A DNA stretch of 62,429 bases, counting the filler, from Chlamydiales bacterium (GTDB taxonomy: Bacteria; Chlamydiota; Chlamydiia; Chlamydiales; JACRBE01): the NCBI GenBank assembly GCA_016213235.1. It is 4 parts of 4 records of this genome, joined end to end, with 100 filler letters (N's around TTAATTAATTAA, not from the genome) between each part and the next. Parts side by side here need not be neighbours in the genome. Positions count along the whole stretch, not along the records: positions 21,399 to 42,753 come from JACRBE010000049.1; 3 more parts are not named here. One strand, 5' to 3'. A model generated the notes under the pieces. The model saw only the letters and a list, made by a program, of their open reading frames with translations. It searched no databases and was not told where the DNA came from. Positions within the stretch are counted from its first letter, which is position 1. The number at the start of each line of letters is the position of its first letter. The position numbers and the translations under genes were made by a program. Shown here in pieces: positions 26,502 through 34,907 of this stretch.

Positions 26502-26727
26502 TTAAGGAAAATCTGATAAATTAATTTTTCTCTGTTTTGATAACAGATAAGAATTGTTGATCTGATGAGCGGGATGTGAGAACTTGGAAGAAGATCTGAA
26601 ATCATCGGATAGATCTTGATCTGACTCAGATGCCTCTTGTTCAACAAAACCTGGTTCAGATTCATATTTTATGTATTGAAGTATTTTTTATGCATATTTA
26701 TAAGACAAAGAAAAAGGGTTAAAAATC

Positions 26728-29421
26728 ATGATAATAACACCAGGGAAAGACCCTGCTCAAAATTTTCTTTCCGAGCCAAAAGGTATTGAGTATTTTTTTC
26801 ATCCAAGAAGTGTCGCTATCATTGGGGCTACAGAAAAGCCAAATAGTGTTGGCAAAACAATACTACACAATCTAATTTCCACCTCTTTTCAAGGAAACAT
26901 TTACCCTGTAAATCCAAAATATGAGACCCTGTTTAAATTAAAAACTTACCCCTCTATCGCCTCTTGTCCAGTAGTAGACCTTGCTATTATTGTGACACCT
27001 GCAAAAACAGTGCCCGATCTAGTAAAGGATTGCGTAGATCATGGGGTAAAGGCCATTATTATTATCTCTGCAGGCTTTAAAGAACTTGGGAAAGATGGAT
27101 TTGAATTAGAACAAAAACTTCTTTCTCATATCCAAAACACAGATACACGCATTATTGGACCAAACTGCCTTGGAGTGATGAATCCTATAAGTGGTCTTAA
27201 TGCAACATTTGCAGCAGATATGGCGCTAGGAGGGTCTATTGCATTTATCAGCCAATCCGGCGCTATGTGCACCGCTGTTTTAGATTGGAGTTTGCAGGAA
27301 AAAGTGGGATTTAGCGCATTTGTATCTGTCGGCTCCATGTCTGATGTAAACTTTGGTGATTTGATCGAATATTTTGGAAAAGACCCACAGACTTCCAGTA
27401 TTCTTATTTATATGGAAACAGTAGGAGATGCCAGAGCGTTTTTGTCTGCTGCAAGAAAAGTATCTTTAACCAAACCTATTATTTTGATTAAACCTGGGAA
27501 AACCGACGCTGCTGCAAAGGCTGCCGCTTCTCATACCGGCTCACTTGCCGGTAGCGACGAGGTATTACAAGCAGCTGTTTCCAGAGTTGGAATACTGCGA
27601 GTAGACACCATCTCACAGCTATTTGATATAGCGGCGGTACTTGCAAAACAACCAATGCCAAAAGGACCTCATCTAACTATTATTACCAATGCAGGAGGGC
27701 CATCTGTTTTAGCAACAGACAAGGCTGTTTCCATGGGACTTGCCATGACGGCGCTATCTCAAGAAACAATTAATCAACTATCTTCTTTTCTGCCACCTGC
27801 CTGGAGCCATGCCAATCCTATAGATATCCTTGGAGATGCAGGGGCAGATACTTATGCCAAAGCAATTGATATTATCGCTAAAGATGACTCCAGCGATGGT
27901 ATACTGGTTATATTAACGCCTCAAGACATGACAGATCCAACTGCCACTGCTAAAGCTATTACCCCTTATGCGACGATGAATAAACCTATTTTAGCTAGTT
28001 GGATGGGAGGACAAGTTGTTGCAGAGGGATTTGGTATATTAAATGAATCTGGCATACCCTGCTTTCCCTATCCTGATCAGGGAGCAGAAATCTTTGCGAT
28101 GATGTATCAGCATGCAGAAGAACTAAAAGCTATTTATGAAACACCTGTTGCAAGACCTGTGCCAAAACACAGCATAAATATTGCGGGGATCTTTGAGAGA
28201 GCATATACCGAAAATCGCCTTCTTTTAACAGAACTCGAATCAAAACAGGTACTAGAGGCTTACGGCATCCCTACTGTGAAGACTATACTAGCTACTACTT
28301 TACAAGAATCTACACTTGCTGCAGAAAAAATAGGGTTCCCTGTTGTGGTAAAACTCCACTCAGAAACAATCACTCACAAAAGCGATGTTGGTGGAGTAAA
28401 ATTAAACATTAGGACAAAACAAGGCGTATTAGAGGCCTTTGACGAGATAAAAAGCAACATTACTAAGCTGCATGGCGCAAGTCACTTTCAAGGTGTGACG
28501 ATACAGCAAATGATCTCGTTGCAAGGCTATGAACTTATTTTAGGTAGCAAAGTAGATGCGCAATTTGGTCCTATTGTGTTATTTGGAACAGGAGGAGAGC
28601 TCGTCGAAGTATTTAAAGATAGAGCAATTGGCTTGCCACCACTAAATTCCACACTGGCAAAGCAGCTCATGCAACAAACAAAAATCTATGAGGCTTTAAA
28701 AGGTGTTCGTGGGCGCAAAGCTGTTAATATGGAGATGCTACAAGAAATATTAATTCAGTTCTCTTTGCTTATTTCAGAGCAGCAACTCATTGCAGAGTGT
28801 GATATCAACCCCCTTTTAGTTTCAGAAAACAGTATCATCGCACTTGATGCACGAATTGTACTTCATCATAAGGGAGACATCATACCAAAGCTTGCTATTA
28901 GACCATATCCGGAGCTCCATACAGAAATAAAGAAATTGAAAGACGGGACAAATATCACAGTAAGAGCCATCAAGCCAGAAGATGAGATTGCCATCAAAGA
29001 GTTTCACCGCCTACTGTCTAAAGAGAGCGTTTATCAAAACTATCTAGAATTCCTTTCTCTTGATGAAAGGATTGCTCATCGACGCCTGATACAAATATGC
29101 GCCATTGACTATGATAGAGACATTCGTATGATCGCAGAAAACAGTGAAAAACAAATTATCGGGGTATCTTCACTCACTCGCATTCCTAATCGAAAGGAAG
29201 GAGACATGAGGCTCATCATACTTGACACCATGCATGGCAAAGGACTTGGCAATATCTTGCTCGACAAGTTAATAGACGTTGCTAAAAAAGAGAGGTTTGA
29301 AAAGATCAGAGGTAGAGTCTTAAACGAAAACAACGCCTTAATCCACATGCTAACAAAACGAAATTTCATCCTGGAACAAGAGGGTGATTTTTACAGATTG
29401 GAACTAATACTGAAAAAATAG
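26728..29421 (+). CDS. Acyl-CoA synthetase (NDP-forming)-like/GNAT fusion, Pat-family lysine acetyltransferase
   Basis: CoA-binding domain ([21 protein letters not shown]), ATP-grasp ([13 protein letters not shown]), C-terminal GNAT (HGKGLG). Confidence 0.92.
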   Translation: MIITPGKDPAQNFLSEPKGIEYFFHPRSVAIIGATEKPNSVGKTILHNLISTSFQGNIYPVNPKYETLFKLKTYPSIASCPVVDLAIIVTPAKTVPDLVKDCVDHGVKAIIIISAGFKELGKDGFELEQKLLSHIQNTDTRIIGPNCLGVMNPISGLNATFAADMALGGSIAFISQSGAMCTAVLDWSLQEKVGFSAFVSVGSMSDVNFGDLIEYFGKDPQTSSILIYMETVGDARAFLSAARKVSLTKPIILIKPGKTDAAAKAAASHTGSLAGSDEVLQAAVSRVGILRVDTISQLFDIAAVLAKQPMPKGPHLTIITNAGGPSVLATDKAVSMGLAMTALSQETINQLSSFLPPAWSHANPIDILGDAGADTYAKAIDIIAKDDSSDGILVILTPQDMTDPTATAKAITPYATMNKPILASWMGGQVVAEGFGILNESGIPCFPYPDQGAEIFAMMYQHAEELKAIYETPVARPVPKHSINIAGIFERAYTENRLLLTELESKQVLEAYGIPTVKTILATTLQESTLAAEKIGFPVVVKLHSETITHKSDVGGVKLNIRTKQGVLEAFDEIKSNITKLHGASHFQGVTIQQMISLQGYELILGSKVDAQFGPIVLFGTGGELVEVFKDRAIGLPPLNSTLAKQLMQQTKIYEALKGVRGRKAVNMEMLQEILIQFSLLISEQQLIAECDINPLLVSENSIIALDARIVLHHKGDIIPKLAIRPYPELHTEIKKLKDGTNITVRAIKPEDEIAIKEFHRLLSKESVYQNYLEFLSLDERIAHRRLIQICAIDYDRDIRMIAENSEKQIIGVSSLTRIPNRKEGDMRLIILDTMHGKGLGNILLDKLIDVAKKERFEKIRGRVLNENNALIHMLTKRNFILEQEGDFYRLELILKK

Positions 29422-29521
29422 CTTGGTACTACCTGGGTTATTGAAATAAATAGGGAGCTTTTTTGTTTTAGAACGTCAATAAGCTGCTCATGACATCTTC
29501 TACGTTATCTGAACTACCCAC
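29385..29521. repeat. Copy 1 of an imperfect ~140-bp direct repeat flanking the Fic gene
   Basis: tgatttttacagattggaactaatactgaaaaaata...ttttgttttag...aagctgctc...atcttctacgttatctgaactacccac aligns with 30807-30952. Confidence 0.9.
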
Positions 29522-29574
29522 ATTCCAAGTTTTTAAAATAAATAATATATACATTTATCATACACAACATAACA

Positions 29575-29677
29575 ATATGTCGGTTTTTTATCTTTTTTCC
29601 GACATATCTTCTTGATATGTTGACAGATTCAACATATTACGATAACATGTTGATATTTTCAGGAATATTCAACATAT
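29575..29677 (+). promoter_or_regulatory. Three related inverted repeats overlapping a putative sigma70-type promoter and the Fic start codon
   Basis: ATATGTCGG/CCGACATAT (29575-29607), ATATGTTGA/TCAACATAT (29615-29637), ATGTTGA/TCAACAT (29647-29675); TTGACA (29620-25), 17 nt, TAACAT (29643-48). Confidence 0.7.
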
Positions 29678-30761
29678 GACGATATTTAATCCAGAGAAAC
29701 CGTTCAACGAACTCCCCCTGCTTCCTCCAGATGTGAACCTTGAAACACCTCGTATTCTTAAGGCCTGTATTGAGGCAAACAGGGAACTTGGCAAGTTAAA
29801 GATAGCAGAAAGACTCATTCCCAATCAAACCGTATTGATTAATAGCATACCTCTCTTGGAATCACAAGCAAGCTCTGCGATTGAAAATATTGTAACAACG
29901 ACGGATGAACTTTTTGAATATGCTCAAAGCTATTCTTCTCTAATGAATTCTGCAACCAAAGAGACTCTTCTATATCGACAAGCCCTTTATCAGGGTTATC
30001 AGTCGATTAAAAAGCGTCCTTTAACTATTGCAACCATCTGCGAGATCTGCACAACAATTCGAGCAATCCATACAGAAGTGAGAAAGCTCCCCGGTACCAC
30101 GCTGATGAACGATTTATCACGAAAAAAAAACTACACACCTCCAGAAGGAGAGGGGCTGCTACGGCAGCTCTTAACCAATTGGCAAAACTATCTTCATCAA
30201 AAAGATGGTGTTGATCCTCTTATTAAACTCGCTATTCAACACTATCAGTTTGAGGCTATACATCCGTTTGCAGATGGGAATGGAAGGACAGGACGTATCA
30301 TCAATTTATTGTATTTGATTGAGCAAGGATTGTTAGATACACCTATTCTTTACTTAAGCGGCTACATTATTGAACATAAGGCCCAATATTATGAGAAACT
30401 ATTAAAAGTTTCTTCAGAAGGGGCATGGGATGAGTGGGTAGTTTACTTTTTGGCAGCAGTTTGTGAAACATCAAAATGGACAATGGCAAAAATTTTAGCA
30501 ATCCAAGATCTGATAAAGGAATCTCGAGTCTTTATCAAAGACAAAGCTCCTTCTATTTATAATAAAGAGTTTGTTGAATTGCTCTTCATTCAACCCTATA
30601 TACGAATTTCCAATTTAGTTGAAATGCATCTTGTAGGAAGGGATACAGCCTCCAAGCATCTCAAAATCTTATGTGAAATCGGATTTTTAGAAGAAGTGAA
30701 AAGAGGAAGGGAAAAACTCTTTATTAACCACCAATTCCTCAATTTGCTCAAGCAAAAATGA
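29676..30761 (+). CDS. Fic-family adenylyltransferase (SoFic-like, class II, C-terminal HTH)
   Basis: Inhibitory motif SSAIEN, catalytic HPFADGNGRTGR, C-terminal RDTASKHLKILCEIGFLEEVKRGREKLFIN. Confidence 0.95.
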   Translation: MTIFNPEKPFNELPLLPPDVNLETPRILKACIEANRELGKLKIAERLIPNQTVLINSIPLLESQASSAIENIVTTTDELFEYAQSYSSLMNSATKETLLYRQALYQGYQSIKKRPLTIATICEICTTIRAIHTEVRKLPGTTLMNDLSRKKNYTPPEGEGLLRQLLTNWQNYLHQKDGVDPLIKLAIQHYQFEAIHPFADGNGRTGRIINLLYLIEQGLLDTPILYLSGYIIEHKAQYYEKLLKVSSEGAWDEWVVYFLAAVCETSKWTMAKILAIQDLIKESRVFIKDKAPSIYNKEFVELLFIQPYIRISNLVEMHLVGRDTASKHLKILCEIGFLEEVKRGREKLFINHQFLNLLKQK

Positions 30762-30806
30762 ATGTAGGATTTTCTTGACTCACTCTCATTCCTAATCAAA
30801 AAAAAA

Positions 30807-30952
30807 TGATTTTTATAGATTAAAACTAATACTGAAAAAACAGCCCGGCACTACCCGGGCTATCATTGTTATTGGAATAGATAAGGAACTTTTTGTTTTA
30901 GCGCATCAACAAGCTGCTCCATGGTATCTTCTATGTTATCTGAACTATCCAC
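30807..30952. repeat. Copy 2 of the imperfect direct repeat flanking the Fic gene
   Basis: Aligns with 29385-29521; contains the intact sat-cysC 3' end and a decayed copy of the pat 3' end. Confidence 0.9.
30835..30861 (-). terminator. Rho-independent terminator of sat-cysC
   Basis: Stem AGCCCGG/CCGGGCT (30842-30861) with 6-nt loop, followed on the minus strand by GTTTTTT, 8 nt after the stop. Confidence 0.75.
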
Positions 30953-32572
30953 TGCAACATCTGCATGGATGGGTTCTTCAAATGGGTCGCTAATACCTGT
31001 AAACTGGGGAATTTTCCCCTCTCTTGCTGCCTTATAAAGGCCTTTTACATCACGTGATTCACACACTTCAAGTGGTGTTTTTACATATACTTCCACATAT
31101 TTTCCAACACTGGAAATAAGCTCCCGGTTAGCCATTCTATCTTCTTCATAAGGAGCGATATTAGCGCACAGGCATACGCCACCGGCTTCTGCTATTAATG
31201 AAGCAATAAACCCGATACGACGCACATTAATGGAACGATCTTTTTTAGAAAAACCAAGCTCACTAGCTAAATATTTTCTAATAACATCGCCATCTAACAT
31301 GACTACAGGAGCATCTTGTGTAGATTTTAAATACTCTTTTAATGCTTGAGCAAGCGTAGATTTACCAGATCCTGATAATCCTACAAAATAAATACAAGTT
31401 CCTTTTCTGTTTCTAAATTCTTTTTGCAATACATCTAGTACATCCGGATAAGAAAACCAGGTTGGTATAGGCTCTCCCACGGTTAGTTTTCTTCTAAATT
31501 CTGTACCGGAAATTTGTCCTATGTCCTCTTTATTTGTTATCTCTGTAATAGGAACATAAGTTTCTTTGACTTTATCATATACAATTTCAACAGATGGGAT
31601 GATTTCGACACCGATTTCTTCTTTATATTTTTCTAGTAATCGATGTGCATCATAAGGACCAAAAAAAGTCTCTCCATTTTTCTTTTTAACGGAAGGGCCT
31701 GCATGATCTCTTCCTATAATAAAATGGGTACATCCATAATTTTTTCTAATAAGAGCATGCCAAAGAGCTTCTCTTGGCCCTGCCATTCTCATAGAAAGGG
31801 GTAACAAGGATAAAAATACAGAATCTTCCGGATAATATTTTAATAGTTTTTGATAACACTTTACTCTTGTCCAGTAAGAGACATCATCTGGTTGTGTTGT
31901 TCCAACAACAGGATGGAGAAGTAACTTAGCATCTTCTCCAGCGAGATTCATACAATGATGAGTCAACTCCACATGACTGCGATGAAGAGGATTTCTTGTT
32001 TGAAAGCCAACGATCTTCTTCCATCCATGTTCTTTAAAGTAGTCTTTACATTCCTGTGGAGTAAACCGAATGGATGAAAAGTCAAAATGATGAGGAAGGG
32101 ATATTTTTCGAAGTTTTCCACCAAGATAGCAACTATTTGTTCTTTTTAAGACGTTTTTGATCATAGGATGATTATCATCGATACATCCGTAAATAGCCAT
32201 GCACTCTTTTTCTACATCTGGAGTATACATCTCCTCTATATCAAAAATAGCAATGGGATAGCTTTGATCATCTAAAAGGGTGATATGCCCTCCAGCAAAC
32301 ATTTTTTCTGCTTTACTCTTTTCCATTGGGAAAACAATAGGAATAGGCCAAATAGATCCATTTTCTAATCTCATGTTGTCAAGGACGCTATGATAATCCT
32401 TTTCATTTAAGAACCCTTCCAGTGGGGCAAATCCCCCATTCAGTAAAAGCTCTACGTCACAAAGCAATTCTCTTTCGACAGCTACTTGTGGGTAGTTTTT
32501 TGATTCACTCATCCAATCGGATGCAAAGCATATAGAACACATGCTTACAATCATTAACAACCATGCTTTCAT
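30869..32572 (-). CDS. sat: Bifunctional ATP sulfurylase/APS kinase with apparent signal peptide
   Basis: FQTRNPLHRSH, MRMAGPREA, HFIIGRDHAG, ISGTEFR; kinase GLSGSGKST, LDGD, RDVKGLY, FTGISDPFE. SD AGGAG 7 nt before ATG. Confidence 0.95.
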   Translation of the reverse strand: MKAWLLMIVSMCSICFASDWMSESKNYPQVAVERELLCDVELLLNGGFAPLEGFLNEKDYHSVLDNMRLENGSIWPIPIVFPMEKSKAEKMFAGGHITLLDDQSYPIAIFDIEEMYTPDVEKECMAIYGCIDDNHPMIKNVLKRTNSCYLGGKLRKISLPHHFDFSSIRFTPQECKDYFKEHGWKKIVGFQTRNPLHRSHVELTHHCMNLAGEDAKLLLHPVVGTTQPDDVSYWTRVKCYQKLLKYYPEDSVFLSLLPLSMRMAGPREALWHALIRKNYGCTHFIIGRDHAGPSVKKKNGETFFGPYDAHRLLEKYKEEIGVEIIPSVEIVYDKVKETYVPITEITNKEDIGQISGTEFRRKLTVGEPIPTWFSYPDVLDVLQKEFRNRKGTCIYFVGLSGSGKSTLAQALKEYLKSTQDAPVVMLDGDVIRKYLASELGFSKKDRSINVRRIGFIASLIAEAGGVCLCANIAPYEEDRMANRELISSVGKYVEVYVKTPLEVCESRDVKGLYKAAREGKIPQFTGISDPFEEPIHADVAVDSSDNIEDTMEQLVDALKQKVPYLFQ

Positions 32573-32661
32573 TATTTTACTCCTGTTTTTTATATTTTTT
32601 TCAAAGCTTGATCAAAATGAAGCGAATATGCGAATTTAAAACAAAAAAAGCAATTATTTTA

Positions 32662-33945
32662 ATGAAAACTTTTATCTACAAAACAATTGTTAATGCTTCC
32701 AAAGAGGAGGTAGTACAATACTTTTCTACAACAGCCTCTGAAACAAGACTTATTCCACCTTGGTATAAAAGAAAACGTGTTGTTTACAAACAAAGTGCAC
32801 TGGTTGCACATCTCTTAAACAGTTGTTTTTTTCATATGAATACTCACACGCAAGAGCTGCATTCTATCGACACCTCTACTACAGAAGTGATAGATTGTAT
32901 TAAATATAGCTGCAGCTTGTTAGAAAAGTATTTTCTTAGACAATTAAATCGTTTTTTTTCTTATAGAAAAACAATATTGCAAAACGATCTATTGCATATG
33001 AAACGATTTAATAAAAGGCCATTGACAATTTTGATGTCCGGCTCTAGTGGTTTTATTGGCTATTACCTCAAAGAGTTTTTTCATCTGTGCGGTTATGACA
33101 CCTATGAACTAACAAGAAAAAAATCAGACACTCCTCATTTCATCCACTGGGATGTAGACAAACAATTCATAGAAGAAGAAAAACTAAAACCTTTTGATGT
33201 GGTTATTCATTTAAGCGGAGAAAACATCGTGGGGTATTGGACGAAAAAAAAGAAGACTGCCATTTACAATAGTCGCATCAATTCCACTCGCTTTCTAGCT
33301 GAAAGCCTTAAAAAAAATCAGATCACTCCCCTCTTATGTATTTGCGCCTCTGCTGATGGTCTTTATGGATTTGATAATCATTTTATCAATGCAGAAAATG
33401 GACCTACCGGATCTGATTTTCTAGCTAACGTGTGTAAAGATTGGGAAAAATCCTCTTTGCAATTTAAAACAAAGCGGCTTGTTAACTCCAGGTTTTCCAT
33501 GGTGCTTAGCCCAAAAGGAGGAGCATTGAAACGGTTGATCTCCCTCTTTAAATGTTTTCTTGGGGCTATTTTAGGTAGTGGTAAGCAGCACGTTTCCTGG
33601 ATTTATATCGATGATCTTGTCTATCAGATACACCATATGATCTACAATGACTCTTTAACCGGAGGTGTTAACATATGCACCCCATCGTTTGTTACCAATC
33701 GACAGTTTTCTCTATCACTTGCAAAAGCGCTTCATCGTCCTTTATTATTTCGTATACCAGCTTTTGTTTTAACTCTCTTAATGGGTGATATGGCCAAATC
33801 ATTGTTTCTTTGTGATAAAAAAATCATACCGGAAAAACTAATCAAACACGGAGCAATCTTTAGTCATCCAGACCTTGAGCGTTGTCTGTTTTTTGCCTTA
33901 GGAAAAGAAAATATTGACGATATGCAGAAAAAGAGCGATGTTTGA
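32662..33945 (+). CDS. TIGR01777/YfcH-family NAD-dependent epimerase-like protein with N-terminal SRPBCC-like part
   Basis: SGSSGFIG, HLSGENI, SRINST, FLANVCKDWE, GSGKQHVSWIYIDD. Start placed at MKTFIYK. Confidence 0.85.
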   Translation: MKTFIYKTIVNASKEEVVQYFSTTASETRLIPPWYKRKRVVYKQSALVAHLLNSCFFHMNTHTQELHSIDTSTTEVIDCIKYSCSLLEKYFLRQLNRFFSYRKTILQNDLLHMKRFNKRPLTILMSGSSGFIGYYLKEFFHLCGYDTYELTRKKSDTPHFIHWDVDKQFIEEEKLKPFDVVIHLSGENIVGYWTKKKKTAIYNSRINSTRFLAESLKKNQITPLLCICASADGLYGFDNHFINAENGPTGSDFLANVCKDWEKSSLQFKTKRLVNSRFSMVLSPKGGALKRLISLFKCFLGAILGSGKQHVSWIYIDDLVYQIHHMIYNDSLTGGVNICTPSFVTNRQFSLSLAKALHRPLLFRIPAFVLTLLMGDMAKSLFLCDKKIIPEKLIKHGAIFSHPDLERCLFFALGKENIDDMQKKSDV

Positions 33946-33963
33946 ACTTAAACGAGGTGTTTT

Positions 33964-34521
33964 ATGAGGCTACTTACTTTTCGTGAGTTGATCTTGCAAC
34001 GGGTGCTAAACGTTATATTATTTTATCTTGGATGGGTCTATATCGTATTATCTGCAGCGCATGGTAGATCGACTCAAGGCATCATTGGAGCTGTTTGTAT
34101 CATCATCTTCAATATTATCATCAGTAAGAGTTGGGTCAAAGAGTTGCTTCTTACGATCCTTATTTGCATGATAGGCCTTATTGTAGATTCTATTTTTTCC
34201 TCCACCAAGATGCTCTCTTACGCCTCGCCAAATCCCTTTTCTACTCTAGTAGCTCCTCTTTGGATTGTTGCACTATATGGTATTTTTGCCACCACCATCA
34301 ACCACTCTCTTTATTGGGTAAAACATCAACCTATTATCTGTATGATTGTTGGGGCAATTGGAGGGACTCTCTCCTATTTTATTGGGGGACAAATGCATGC
34401 TATTAGCTTCTTATTACCAGAGCCAGTAGCCCTATCCATCATTGCAGCAATTTGGCTTGTACTACTACCTATTACCTGTGTCTTATCTAATTTACTTGAT
34501 AAGACATTAGGTGGTCGCTAA
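33964..34521 (+). CDS. DUF2878-like membrane protein
   Basis: Multi-TM; APLWIVALY, FATTINHSL, GAIGGTLSY. Confidence 0.75.
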   Translation: MRLLTFRELILQRVLNVILFYLGWVYIVLSAAHGRSTQGIIGAVCIIIFNIIISKSWVKELLLTILICMIGLIVDSIFSSTKMLSYASPNPFSTLVAPLWIVALYGIFATTINHSLYWVKHQPIICMIVGAIGGTLSYFIGGQMHAISFLLPEPVALSIIAAIWLVLLPITCVLSNLLDKTLGGR

Positions 34522-34907
34522 GGCTTAAGCATCATTATTGCAAGTGCATATATATACCACGAATGGTAAAGATTGCTCTCGTCTTTCTATTGCCGATTTA
34601 AAAATAGAAGCGTCTCCAACAGCTTTTCTAGCAATCCTTGAAACCTCATAATACAGCGCTACCTCCACCTATAACAGGCTGAAATCTAGCTTCACAGCTT
34701 GCTCTTGCACTGCAACTAACACTTGTACGATGATCTACATTAAAAAAAAGAGTTATCTATTTTGTGAAGCACATGCTGGCGTTTACAACAAAAGTGACAC
34801 AAACATAATTTAAAAAAATAAGTTTTAAATAAAAATTATTAAAAACATTTTTAATGTGGCTGTTTTATAATAAAAGATTATAATAATCGAAAAAAAACGA
34901 GGTTTTT

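Noticed and set aside
32563..32661. Upstream extensions of ORF-track calls (also 20121, 23941, 38064, 51243, 60495)
   Set aside because: They overlap neighbouring genes or promoters; downstream ATGs with better SD or homology fit were used.
34524..34776. Possible decayed minus-strand gene between the DUF2878-like gene and the 710-aa orphan
   Set aside because: Needs several frameshifts to join and gives no recognisable protein.
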